64,000 nt of DNA from a virus (Duplodnaviria > Caudoviricetes), in IMG/VR virus record IMGVR_UViG_2684623061_000002, positions 1-64,000 of that record. The stretch is one strand, 5' to 3'. Made by a program: the position numbers and the translations under genes. Shown here in pieces: positions 19,932 through 28,934 of this stretch; within the stretch, counting starts at the first letter, position 1, and each line of letters starts with the position of its first letter. The notes beneath the pieces were generated by a model that was given only the letters and a program-made list of their open reading frames with translations, was not told where the DNA came from and did no database searches.

Positions 19932-20396
19932 ATGCGCAGCACGCCGAGCAATCCTTACCGAGATTCCGATTTGATCGAGCTGGCCGAGCAATGCATGAGG
20001 CGTGCGCGCGAGCTAAACGACCGCGTGCAGCGAACGCCTGAGCAGCGCGCCGTGCTGGCGTCCGATACCGCCTACCTATTGACCGCCGCCGGCTCCGCGC
20101 TGGACTCAAGCGAGTACATGCCGGGGAATCCTGAGTACGCGACGAAGGGCGGGGAGAGAATTTCAGTAAACGAATTCATGCAATGGCATCTGCGCCACGT
20201 CCACAACTCGCGCTATCGGACCTTCCTGCGGGCGCTAGATATGGCCGCCGGCAAGAACCGTGAGGCATGGCGCATTGATGTGCTTATCGACGACAAAAAG
20301 CCCGACGCGCTGGCCGTGGAAAGTGATGAAGGGCTGCGCGCTGTGCTTGCTGAACTAGCCAAGCTTCCGCGCTGGGGATACCGCCGCCGCGGTTGA
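19932..20396 (+). CDS. Moron, hypothetical protein (MRSTPSNPY...)
   Basis: Opposite strand to the tail operon; AGAGGG upstream; 3' part of track ORF 18849..20396. Confidence 0.6.
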   Translation: MRSTPSNPYRDSDLIELAEQCMRRARELNDRVQRTPEQRAVLASDTAYLLTAAGSALDSSEYMPGNPEYATKGGERISVNEFMQWHLRHVHNSRYRTFLRALDMAAGKNREAWRIDVLIDDKKPDALAVESDEGLRAVLAELAKLPRWGYRRRG

Positions 20397-20529
20397 TTTC
20401 GAACGAAATGACCATTTCGTGGAGCGAAAAGCAGTTTCCGTTCAACAGGATTGGTGTTTCGAGACATTTTCGGAATTTCTATTGCCTGTTTAATAGAAGC
20501 TGGGTTAACTGAGTCACCGCCAAGAACTC

Positions 20530-21195
20530 ATGAGGTGCGATTTGGCTACGAAGTTGACTGGAAGCAATAATGATCCTCGCAGGCACGAGTTGCTGCGCAA
20601 ATACCGATTGAAGACCGTGCAGCACACCCGCTTGCTCGATGGGACAACGTACCCGTGTTGTGGTTGCCCAAAGTCGGTTGGGACTATTTTCTACATGTTC
20701 GAAGCCACGAACCGCACGACTGGGGCGCAAACATTTCTGTACGCCGGGGAGCGTTGCGGAAAGACACTAATGAAATTTTCGGCTTCCACCAATGATCCGA
20801 TTCAGGACCTGCCGTATTTCAATCCGCTAACCGGGATGTCTAGGGCATCTACTGGTAGCGGCACAGGTGGCGGTGGATCGATAGCGGCGTGGCCACCACT
20901 AAACCGCGAGCTGTTTTATGCAATCAATCTGACCTTCTTGGCGATGAAATTAAAGCCGGGCTCGACGCTATCGAAGGTGCTCGAAACAATCACCACTAAC
21001 CCGTCGCGGGTACTGCCTACGACGGCGCCAGCGCTAAACACGATCATAAAGAACAATTTGGACAGCGCGCACGGCAGCTTGACCGACTACGTGAACGACT
21101 TGCGGGTTCGCAATCCAACGATGAAAACGTACCCGTTCACGCTCATTCGTGACGCATTGAAGAACTTGAGTACCCCGCCGATCGACTACCTTTGA
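20530..21195 (+). CDS. Moron, hypothetical protein with a possible Zn-binding N-terminus
   Basis: 221 aa, lower GC, CCGC...N..TG...G.RCG. Confidence 0.72.
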   Translation: MRCDLATKLTGSNNDPRRHELLRKYRLKTVQHTRLLDGTTYPCCGCPKSVGTIFYMFEATNRTTGAQTFLYAGERCGKTLMKFSASTNDPIQDLPYFNPLTGMSRASTGSGTGGGGSIAAWPPLNRELFYAINLTFLAMKLKPGSTLSKVLETITTNPSRVLPTTAPALNTIIKNNLDSAHGSLTDYVNDLRVRNPTMKTYPFTLIRDALKNLSTPPIDYL

Positions 21196-21250
21196 GGTTC
21201 TAACATCCGCACGATGCGGGCAGTCCGTGAACCCGCGTCCCCCTGTCGGC

Positions 21251-21607
21251 CTATTGGGTCAGGACACGGAACAGGTCGCGCGAATGCCAGCGCTGGCGTT
21301 TGACGCGCACCTGGACCAACGCGCGGAATCGATCAGAACTTGGCGCAGCACTTGGCCGGAAGCGATGGCGCGCTTGGTTGCAGTGATAGCAGGCTGCGAC
21401 GACGTTTGCTCCATGCTTGCCGCCGTCTTGTCGCGCTATCAGGTGCTCGGCCGTAGCCTGAAGTCGGGATGCTTGCCGCAGCGACAGACCGCGCGCTATG
21501 GCGAAGCCGGCGCGATCGGTTAGCCACATAGGGAAGTCGCAGTAGTAACAGAGGCCGCTCTGACGATGAAATGCGGCATTTCGGGCGGAGCTATAGCGGT
21601 GTGCCAT
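21251..21607 (-). CDS. Small HNH endonuclease
   Basis: CYYC, ATAEHL...DGG, NVVAACYHCN; start re-called after AAGGA. Confidence 0.88.
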   Translation of the reverse strand: MAHRYSSARNAAFHRQSGLCYYCDFPMWLTDRAGFAIARGLSLRQASRLQATAEHLIARQDGGKHGANVVAACYHCNQARHRFRPSAAPSSDRFRALVQVRVKRQRWHSRDLFRVLTQ

Positions 21608-21834
21608 GAGGTGTCCTTGAGAGAGCGAAGGGATTTTTCCCGACGCCTCTGTAGAGGACGCACAGGCACCTGAGGCCAAATAGCCATGCAGGCACAACAC
21701 CGGGGCTTTAGCCGAGCCGGTATTTCATTTATCGCGCTGTTCCGGGGCGGTGTCAAGGCAGCGGCCATTGCCGGCACCTGGAGATTCGATCAAGGCGAAT
21801 TGATCAAAATTTCATCGCGGCGGTATCAGCCTGA

Positions 21835-22392
21835 TCACACTTGGCCTTCTAGATGGCCTTGAAGAAAGGCTGCGAGATCAATGTACGAACGTGCTGATTC
21901 TTGAGTCGGTTCAAAATTTCCATGAGCAACTTCGTTGCGAAGACGTCGAAGCTCGTGAAACATAGTGACTTGACTTGGATTGAGAATTGATAGCTGCGCT
22001 AACGGCTCTGCGAGACGCGGTGCTTGGAGATAAGATGATTTTGCATCGCGCTTCCCAACCAATACAGCGCGGGCCGCAGCTTCTAAGCGAACCCACGATT
22101 CTAAAATCGCAGAGCGCGGGTGTAGTTCCGCGACCTCAAAAAGAAAGCTTTTAGATGCCGTATCTCTTGATTGGATCGGTGCAGCCTCGCCGGGCGCCGG
22201 TCGCGAGTCCTTAATTTCTTTGAGCTGTTTAACCTCGCGCTCAAATTCCGCTTCTAGCGGTCCGGCCTTTAGCTTTTTAAGTGAAGGCGCAAGTTTCGCT
22301 ATTTCATCTCTAAGGAGAGCTACAAGTGCTACCGCAGCCACCGGCCACGCCAACGATTCAATAGCTTTCGACCCAAATGTGATCCAGTCCAT
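21835..22392 (-). CDS. Membrane-anchored HEPN (DUF4145-like) protein
   Basis: N-terminal TM (LAWPVAAVALVALL), C-terminal RxxxxH (RNEVAH), low GC. Confidence 0.75.
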   Translation of the reverse strand: MDWITFGSKAIESLAWPVAAVALVALLRDEIAKLAPSLKKLKAGPLEAEFEREVKQLKEIKDSRPAPGEAAPIQSRDTASKSFLFEVAELHPRSAILESWVRLEAAARAVLVGKRDAKSSYLQAPRLAEPLAQLSILNPSQVTMFHELRRLRNEVAHGNFEPTQESARSYIDLAAFLQGHLEGQV

Positions 22393-22519
22393 TTCTCTCG
22401 ACGCTCCTAGAGGTTGTCGAATCGTAAGCAATAGCCGGTCGTCCTACACCGCTTACGTAAAATAGGATGGAATCCGGCCAGACAATTGCGATCAGCCAGG
22501 AGCAAATCCCTGGGTCTGA

Positions 22520-22984
22520 TCAACTGGGACGCAGTGTTGGTGTCAGGTGGGCGAGTAGAGCGCTTTGTAAACGCTCCCGGTCGGCTGGGCTAAACCCAAG
22601 TAGCTGCCTGCGGGCGTAGCGCAGGAGAGCGCCGCTGTGCTTCGCTCTGTCCAAGCTGCCCTCTTGGTGAACGCGGGCGATGCGCGCCACACGCCCGGCG
22701 TATCCGACGCGCACCCCATCCGCATTACTGGTCGCTCGCAGATGGCGGGTCATTCGGATGCGTCGGAACATGGCGCCGCGCCGAATGCGGCCGGTGCGGT
22801 CATCGCGCTGCGGCTTGCGCGGTGCGTAGGCGCTGCCGTCCGGGTTGCGCTGTTGTGCAATGCGCCGCTGTTGCGACCGCCGCAGATCGACGGCCAGCGC
22901 TTGCAGCAACCTGCGGCGCGCAGTTGGGGCGAGCGCCGCAATCAGCGGCGCCGCCCACGTTTCCAATTGCTCAAGGTCGTTCAC
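22520..22984 (-). CDS. Virion morphogenesis protein (gpS-like)
   Basis: RI..QRNPDGS.YAPRK, ARVHQ.G, R.LLG; GTG start overlaps the gpR stop. Confidence 0.92.
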   Translation of the reverse strand: MNDLEQLETWAAPLIAALAPTARRRLLQALAVDLRRSQQRRIAQQRNPDGSAYAPRKPQRDDRTGRIRRGAMFRRIRMTRHLRATSNADGVRVGYAGRVARIARVHQEGSLDRAKHSGALLRYARRQLLGFSPADRERLQSALLAHLTPTLRPS

Positions 22985-23418
22985 GGCACCATGCCGAAGT
23001 TTGTCCACGACTGGGCGTCGAACCTCGGTTCGGGCCAGGGTGTAATGCTGTTCTCACCGTTCGGTAGCGTTTCAACGCCGATACGCTCGGTCAGCGGTAT
23101 CCGAATTTCCACGTCGGCCCGTTCGTGGTCGATCACGTCGACCTCAAACGCGATATCGCCGCGCCGGTCAGGATTGGCGAGCAATTCGTTTTGATGCAAC
23201 GCGGCCCAACGCAGCACCGCTAGAAAAAGCCGGTTGGCGTCGCCGACGAAATCCACCAGCACCAGCGACAGCCGATAACGCAGTTCGAATGATTCGCTCG
23301 TTTGCGCGGTGCTGATTAGGCTTCCTTCCTCCACGAACACCAGCAGGCTTTCGGGGTTGCGTTGCAGTTCGGGAATCGCCTTCGCGAGATGGGCGCGCAA
23401 ACTGGCCGGCTTGTTCAT
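22981..23418 (-). CDS. Tail completion protein (gpR-like)
   Basis: MNKP.SLR..L....P.L..NPE.L.VF. Confidence 0.92.
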   Translation of the reverse strand: MNKPASLRAHLAKAIPELQRNPESLLVFVEEGSLISTAQTSESFELRYRLSLVLVDFVGDANRLFLAVLRWAALHQNELLANPDRRGDIAFEVDVIDHERADVEIRIPLTERIGVETLPNGENSITPWPEPRFDAQSWTNFGMVP

Positions 23419-23903
23419 TGATTGCGAAGGCGCAGCAGTTCGCGCACGTAGTCCTGCAAACCGATCACTTGTTCGGCGTTGGCGTGACAGGTGGCGTAGT
23501 TGTCGGCGACGGCGCCGGCAACATCAGAGAGCGCAACGCCAGCGGCGGGCGCATCAGGATTTCCGGTGCTTGGACCGGTGGGTTCGTTCGCTGCGGCGGC
23601 GTCATGCAGGCGCACAAACCCAACAGGCACAGTGCAAGCAGCGTCGGCGGTCGGAGTGACATAGATGGGGATTTCCTTGGTGATGATTTGGGCGTTGGCG
23701 CGCACGACTTGCACGCGGTCCACGTAACGCACCACAACGCGCTCAGACGCCAACGCCAAATCGCGGGCGGCCTCGGCCTCGCGTTGGGCGTCCTCGGCGA
23801 TGCTGGCGCGTTCCTCGGCGTTGTGGCGGCGTCCGTTCTCGATCAGGACGAAACCGCCGACCAGGGCGACCAGCACCAGCAGCAGCGCAAGCGCACGGCT
23901 CAT
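23415..23903 (-). CDS. i-spanin (LysB/Rz-like)
   Basis: N-terminal TM, coiled coil, YVDRVQ, GFVRLHDAAA. Confidence 0.85.
   Translation of the reverse strand: MSRALALLLVLVALVGGFVLIENGRRHNAEERASIAEDAQREAEAARDLALASERVVVRYVDRVQVVRANAQIITKEIPIYVTPTADAACTVPVGFVRLHDAAAANEPTGPSTGNPDAPAAGVALSDVAGAVADNYATCHANAEQVIGLQDYVRELLRLRNQ
23465..23662 (-). CDS. Embedded o-spanin lipoprotein (Rz1-like)
   Basis: Signal plus lipobox LLALCLLGLCAC, Pro-rich, nested in another frame of the i-spanin. Confidence 0.7.
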   Translation of the reverse strand: MSLRPPTLLALCLLGLCACMTPPQRTNPPVQAPEILMRPPLALRSLMLPAPSPTTTPPVTPTPNK

Positions 23904-24538
23904 GCGGCCAGCCCGAACGCGGCCAGGGCGCGTTTGGTGCGCGCCGCGCGATCTACCCAGCCGTTCGGAAGGCGACGGGTATCGGTGCGCCCCAGGTTGA
24001 GTTTGCGACTCACGCCGAGCGTGTCGTTTTCGTCGGCCAGGGTGTTGAGGCCACGGCCGCGCCAGTAGGCTGCCGCAATGTCGGCGCCGACTTCCACGCC
24101 GGTTGCAAGGTCGGGCTGCGCTTCCAACGGCAGGCCCAGCAATTCGCCGATCCAGCGGTAATTCGCGCGCCCGGTCAGATGCACGGGGCTCCGGCCCCGG
24201 AAACGATAGCCGTCGCCGCTGGACTCGTTGCCGTTGCCGTTGCTCGACGCATAGACGCGGTTGCCGATGCGCTCGGGCTGGCCGGCGTACTGCGCGGCGG
24301 TGGCCGGGTTGAAATGGTTTTCGAACACTTCCAACAGGCGAGAGGCCGAGTAATCGAGATTTTCCTCTAAGCGAGACAGGCCGGCACTTTCGTGGCCGAG
24401 TTGGGCGAGGAAGTGCGCGGCACGGCGCGGCGTGGTGATGCCTTGCCGGTGCATGGCGCGCAGCAGCGGCGACAGCCACCGGACGGCACGGGCGGGCGGG
24501 CATTGAACGGCGGCGGCGAGCTGGGTTTCAGTGAACAT
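23900..24538 (-). CDS. Endolysin, glycoside hydrolase family 19
   Basis: AHFLAQLGHES, EENL.YS, GDGYRFRGR, LTGRANY. Confidence 0.93.
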   Translation of the reverse strand: MFTETQLAAAVQCPPARAVRWLSPLLRAMHRQGITTPRRAAHFLAQLGHESAGLSRLEENLDYSASRLLEVFENHFNPATAAQYAGQPERIGNRVYASSNGNGNESSGDGYRFRGRSPVHLTGRANYRWIGELLGLPLEAQPDLATGVEVGADIAAAYWRGRGLNTLADENDTLGVSRKLNLGRTDTRRLPNGWVDRAARTKRALAAFGLAA

Positions 24539-24941
24539 GACGGCGGGGGCTCCGAATCGACAGACGGGACGCGCGGGGGTGGCCGTGGGCGATGTAACGC
24601 CACCACGGGCACGGCGCTTGCAGCGCCAGGAAGACGCATAGGGCGCAGCGCAAGACGCGCTCAGAGGGGAATGCAAGCTCCAGCAGCGCGGGCCACATAA
24701 CCGCGGTGCCCGCGCCGGCCACGACCGCGACCAGGGCGAACAGCCGCAGCACGAACCGCAGGACCGCGCCCAGGTCGGCACGATCGATCGAGCGCCAACC
24801 GCCCGCGCCATACGCGGCGAGGTTTTGCGCCAGGATCAACCGCAGTTCGTCGCGCAGATCGGCGCCGGTCGGGGTGTCTTTAATCATCGCCAGCGCAGTG
24901 AGCAGGGCGACCAGGGCGCACAGCCATTCGAACAGGATCAT
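24528..24941 (-). CDS. Membrane protein, putative holin/antiholin
   Basis: Hydrophobic helices, directly upstream of the endolysin. Confidence 0.65.
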   Translation of the reverse strand: MILFEWLCALVALLTALAMIKDTPTGADLRDELRLILAQNLAAYGAGGWRSIDRADLGAVLRFVLRLFALVAVVAGAGTAVMWPALLELAFPSERVLRCALCVFLALQAPCPWWRYIAHGHPRASRLSIRSPRRHVH

Positions 24942-25336
24942 TGCGGCTTGCCCCCGATGTCGCGCTTTAGCCGTTCGGCCAGCGCTTCGCCGATGACGGG
25001 AATCAGCGATTGCGCGAAGAACGCGACCAACAGCGCCATCGCAGGCGCGACCGGTTGCAGGAAGCCCAGGCCGGGAAAGCTGGGCACGACGATGGCGATG
25101 CAGGCCGACACGGCCGTATAGGCGAGTGCCAGGCCGTACAGCCGTTTGCGACTGCCGCCGGGCTTGTTGACCAGCAGGCCGCAGGCCACGCCGGTAAACG
25201 CCATGCACAGCACCGCTGCCGGCACGCCGACGTGCGCAAGCGGCGAAGTCCAGGCGATGACGCCCAGCGATGAGGACGCGGCGGCCGTGCCGGTCAGTGC
25301 GGGAATGGACAACAGGGGTTCGGTCGGTGGCGTCAT
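24938..25336 (-). CDS. Putative holin
   Basis: 3-4 TM helices, first gene of the lysis cassette. Confidence 0.68.
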   Translation of the reverse strand: MTPPTEPLLSIPALTGTAAASSSLGVIAWTSPLAHVGVPAAVLCMAFTGVACGLLVNKPGGSRKRLYGLALAYTAVSACIAIVVPSFPGLGFLQPVAPAMALLVAFFAQSLIPVIGEALAERLKRDIGGKPQ

Positions 25337-25344
25337 GCGGTCGA

Positions 25345-25554
25345 TCAGTCCCAAAGCTGGATGAGGGTTTGGTGGGCCGGCGCGGTGGCGACGGGGGGCA
25401 ACAGATCTACGGCCGTGCCGTGCGGCAGGATCGGACCCAGGTCGGCGAGCCCCGGATTTGCGATGAGCGCGGCCTCTACAACGCCCGCCGTGCGTCCCAG
25501 GACGCGCCAGCACAGCGCATCCAGGGTTTCGCCTTGGGCGGCGTAGGCGCGCAT
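25345..25554 (-). CDS. Tail protein X (gpX-like)
   Basis: A.QGETLDALCWR..G.TAGVVE..L.ANPGLA...QLWD. Confidence 0.93.
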   Translation of the reverse strand: MRAYAAQGETLDALCWRVLGRTAGVVEAALIANPGLADLGPILPHGTAVDLLPPVATAPAHQTLIQLWD

Positions 25555-26027
25555 CAGATGAGTTCCACGACCGAGCGTGTCGCGCCCGTGATATCGCTCA
25601 CGGCCCAGGACGCATTGCGGCGCCATGTTCCGGCGTTGTCTTGCGCGTCCTCGGCGCGGCGCTCGCCGCTGCCGGTGCTGTCGAAATCGGGGTAGCGCTC
25701 CATCACGTCCGCTTTGAGCAGGCAGGCGACGGCGCGGCGGTACAGCACCAGCAACCGGGACTCGCCATCGAAGCGCGAGGACGGCACGGCCGCGAGCGAG
25801 CGATAGCCGGCGCCTTCGTTCCCCGCGCGAAACTCGCGCAGGCGCGCATTGATCGACAAGGCGGCATAGCGCGCCAGCTCCCGTAGACGGTCGCCGGTCA
25901 CGGTGCCATCAATGCGGCCGGTCTCGCGCAGGTTCGCCAAGGACAGGTCAGGGAACCAACCATCGTTCGATAGGGTGTCGCGCTCGGGCGACGTGGTGTC
26001 CGGTGCGGCGGCGATAAAAGCGCTCAT
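25554..26027 (-). CDS. Head completion protein (gpL-like)
   Basis: NDGWFPDL, RIDGTVT, LYRRAV, VELI terminus. Confidence 0.93.
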   Translation of the reverse strand: MSAFIAAAPDTTSPERDTLSNDGWFPDLSLANLRETGRIDGTVTGDRLRELARYAALSINARLREFRAGNEGAGYRSLAAVPSSRFDGESRLLVLYRRAVACLLKADVMERYPDFDSTGSGERRAEDAQDNAGTWRRNASWAVSDITGATRSVVELI

Positions 26028-26156
26028 GCGGTGTCCAGATAAAAACGGCGGTGGGGGGCGAGCGATTGGGGAGAGAGGTCCGCACGCTCGCCCCGCCGCC
26101 GTGCGCGCGGGTGGGCGACTCGGTAGAGCCAGGGAAGGGCCGAGACGGCGGGCGGA

Positions 26157-26891
26157 TTACGTGGGTGCGGTTTCCGGCCCGCCGTCGTCGGCTTGGCGCA
26201 AAGCGGGGGCGCTTTTGTTCAAAGCGCGATCGAGACGTTCGAGTTCCTTTTTGACGCCTGCGCGGTCGTGCAACTGCAAGGCGCGGCGCAGATGGTCGCG
26301 GGCAATTTCCGCCCAGCCACGCGGGGCGCCGGAATACGGCGCCTCGCCGGCCTTCGCCATGTACGCGACGCCGAGCGCCTTTTGCAGCTTGGCGCGCACT
26401 TCGTCGGGCATGTCCTTATCGCGGGTCAGTTCCTCGGCCTGCGATAGCACGCCGAGCGAGAACGGCTCGCCGCTGGCCTGCGCGATGAATGCAGCCTCGG
26501 CGATTTGCTCGGCGATCAAGGTCGCGGGCGTGCGCTGGTACGCGTCGGGCATCGCCAGATCGAAGCGCAACGCATAGTCGGCGATGCGTAGCGCGTCGCC
26601 ATAGTTGCCGGCGTCGATGTGCCACACCATGACGAACATCAACACCGCGTCTTGGCCGCCGCGCCCGCTACTCAGTACGCCGTCGACCCAAGGGGCATAC
26701 TCAGGCAGCAGCTTGCGTTTTACTTCGATTTTTCGCTCAACCGACTGCACCAGCTTTAGGCGGCGGCGATCCTCGGCGAGCTTCATCAACATGAGTTCGT
26801 AGGCATTGGCGTTGATGGGCTCGCCGGGGTCCGCCGCCGCCGAAGCCTCGGCGGCGGAGACGCGTTCGAAGTGATGGCGTGCGAGGGTCAT
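26157..26891 (-). CDS. Terminase small/endonuclease subunit (gpM-like)
   Basis: YE.ML..L..D.RRLK..QS, LP.Y.PWV.G.L, GVKKELERL. Confidence 0.93.
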   Translation of the reverse strand: MTLARHHFERVSAAEASAAADPGEPINANAYELMLMKLAEDRRRLKLVQSVERKIEVKRKLLPEYAPWVDGVLSSGRGGQDAVLMFVMVWHIDAGNYGDALRIADYALRFDLAMPDAYQRTPATLIAEQIAEAAFIAQASGEPFSLGVLSQAEELTRDKDMPDEVRAKLQKALGVAYMAKAGEAPYSGAPRGWAEIARDHLRRALQLHDRAGVKKELERLDRALNKSAPALRQADDGGPETAPT

Positions 26892-26894
26892 CGC

Positions 26895-27908
26895 TTACTT
26901 GACCGGCGCGACTTGAATGTTTTCGATCAAGCAACCGGCCGAGTAGTCCTCGACCACATACGCATCGTTGGACGATTCGTAGTTCTCGATACGGTCACGC
27001 TTAGCGTTGTCGATGATGGTTCGGCGGCGCGAGCCTTCCTGCCAGTAGATCGACAGATTGTCCAAGCGGGTGATGAAGATCGAGTTCGCCGGGAAGTAGG
27101 GCACTCGCACCGCGCCGTGGTCGCCGATGCGCTTCTGACTCACGATCATGTCAGCCGCGAGCTTTTCGGTCGGCACGTTCTGGTTGAGCAGCGGAAAATA
27201 CTTGTCGGCCAGCAAGCGACGGCCGCAGATGGCGACCAGACCGGCATCTTCCTGCCACCACGGCGCGATCAGGTTGTTCACAGCATCGAACACCAGCGCG
27301 TCCAGATTGCCGTAGTCGGCATTCTCGCCTCCGACTAGGATCGCGCCGCCGGCCTTGCCCTTGTTCAGCACGCGGGCCGATGCGTTCTCGCGGTACTTCT
27401 GCAACCAACCCTTGTTCACGTCCTGCAACAGTGGATTCTTGACCCGATCCGAGTTCGCGGCGCGGTCCACGCCGTTGAAGCCGATGATGATGCGATCCAA
27501 GGCCTGCCGTTGGAGCAAGCTATTGCGCACACGAGCCTGAAAGTCCTTGAACTTCGCCCAGGTGTCGAGCTTGGAATACTTGATGTGGGTATCGCTGTTG
27601 GTCTTGGTGCATTCGTACCCGGTGGCATCGATGCTGGTCGGGTCGGCGGTCTCACGATCCTTCTCGTCGGTGTTGGTCGTGCTCGCGACCGGCTCGCCGA
27701 TGCCGAGTCCAAGCTTTTCGCCCTTGATCTCATCGACCGGCTGAATATTCACGGCCTGCAGGAATGCCGAACTTTCCTGCATTCGGGTTTCCATCGTCTG
27801 TTGAACGCTCGGCGCGACGGCGAACTGAGTTGTGGCGCTCTCCGCGTCGTTAATGGTCGCCACCTGGGCGGTGTACTCGTTGAACTTCTTACGGGTGTCT
27901 TTACGCAT
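26895..27908 (-). CDS. Major capsid protein, P2 family (gpN-like)
   Basis: QALDRI.IGFNG, NPLLQDVNKGWLQ, LDNLSIYWQ, NYESSN.AYVVEDY. Confidence 0.97.
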   Translation of the reverse strand: MRKDTRKKFNEYTAQVATINDAESATTQFAVAPSVQQTMETRMQESSAFLQAVNIQPVDEIKGEKLGLGIGEPVASTTNTDEKDRETADPTSIDATGYECTKTNSDTHIKYSKLDTWAKFKDFQARVRNSLLQRQALDRIIIGFNGVDRAANSDRVKNPLLQDVNKGWLQKYRENASARVLNKGKAGGAILVGGENADYGNLDALVFDAVNNLIAPWWQEDAGLVAICGRRLLADKYFPLLNQNVPTEKLAADMIVSQKRIGDHGAVRVPYFPANSIFITRLDNLSIYWQEGSRRRTIIDNAKRDRIENYESSNDAYVVEDYSAGCLIENIQVAPVK

Positions 27909-27952
27909 GGGGGTCGGCTCGAAGTGAAAGGGGCGTCGCGCGGCGGGATCGA

Positions 27953-28792
27953 TCAGCAGTCGGTGAAGGCGTCGGCCTCGCTGCCGGTCGCGGTCGGTCG
28001 GTTCGGTTCGCCGTTGGGCGTCACGTCGAGCAGTTCGCGGAACTCTTTGATGGCGCGGTCGGTGTCCGTGCGGTAGCGGTCGAATTCCTGCCGCAGCTCT
28101 CGCGCGTCGCGGTCGCGCTCGCCGATAGCGCTCGATGCCTCGGCGGCGACCTGTGCGATTTGCTCAACCGCGCTATGCACGTCGGCGAACCGCGCATCGT
28201 CGGTACGGCTCTTGACGCCGAGCAGCGAACAGACCCGTTTGAACAACGAATCGGCCGGCGCGGGCGCTTCCTCGGCGTCTTCATTGAACGCGAATTCGAC
28301 GGGCTCGGCGACGGTAAACACAGAGTTGACGCTGAACTTGCGCGAGGCGTAGGGGTGGCCGGCCGGGTTGTTGGCGGCGAACGTCAACAGTTCGGTGCCA
28401 AGACTTGCGGGGCTGTCGGTCACGGCTAGTCCTGTGAGGTAGGCGCGGCCGGTGCTGGCGAAATCCGGCTCGATCTCGATGGACGTGAACAGCTTCTGTT
28501 GCTTCTTGTTGAGCGCAACCAACGCGGACGTGGGTTGAATCTGTGCGAACAAGGCCAGCTTGCGCTCGCCGCCGATCTCCACCATGTCGGTTCTGAGCGC
28601 GAGTACGTCGCCATATGCACCGAACGCAGACTCGGGGCTAGCGGCACGGATGTGTTCCATCCAAACGCGTGCAGCGTAGGTCTCGCGGTTGTAGGTGGCC
28701 GCCGCGTCGAGTAGCCACGAACGTTCGATGACGCGACGGTCGCACGTGTTGCCTTCGACGGCGACGCGATAGAACTTGACTTGCTTTGCCAC
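27953..28792 (-). CDS. Capsid scaffolding protein (gpO-like)
   Basis: RVAVEG.T.D.R.I, AYL.GLAVTDSPASLGTE, TDC terminus. Confidence 0.95.
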   Translation of the reverse strand: MAKQVKFYRVAVEGNTCDRRVIERSWLLDAAATYNRETYAARVWMEHIRAASPESAFGAYGDVLALRTDMVEIGGERKLALFAQIQPTSALVALNKKQQKLFTSIEIEPDFASTGRAYLTGLAVTDSPASLGTELLTFAANNPAGHPYASRKFSVNSVFTVAEPVEFAFNEDAEEAPAPADSLFKRVCSLLGVKSRTDDARFADVHSAVEQIAQVAAEASSAIGERDRDARELRQEFDRYRTDTDRAIKEFRELLDVTPNGEPNRPTATGSEADAFTDC

Positions 28793-28934
28793 CAGTTAAC
28801 CCCGGACGAATGTTGTTTCGATGGGGTAATGGTCGGCGCCGGGCACCGTCGCAGCAACGCAACGCACGCGTGTAAAGCGCATACACGCGGCGTAACGGTG
28901 CAGGCTTCGCGCGCGTGCGAACTAGCCTGCGTGC

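Noticed and set aside
21765-21815. Excisionase-like fragment (AGTWRFDQGELIK)
   Set aside because: Too short, with no supporting ORF; may be chance
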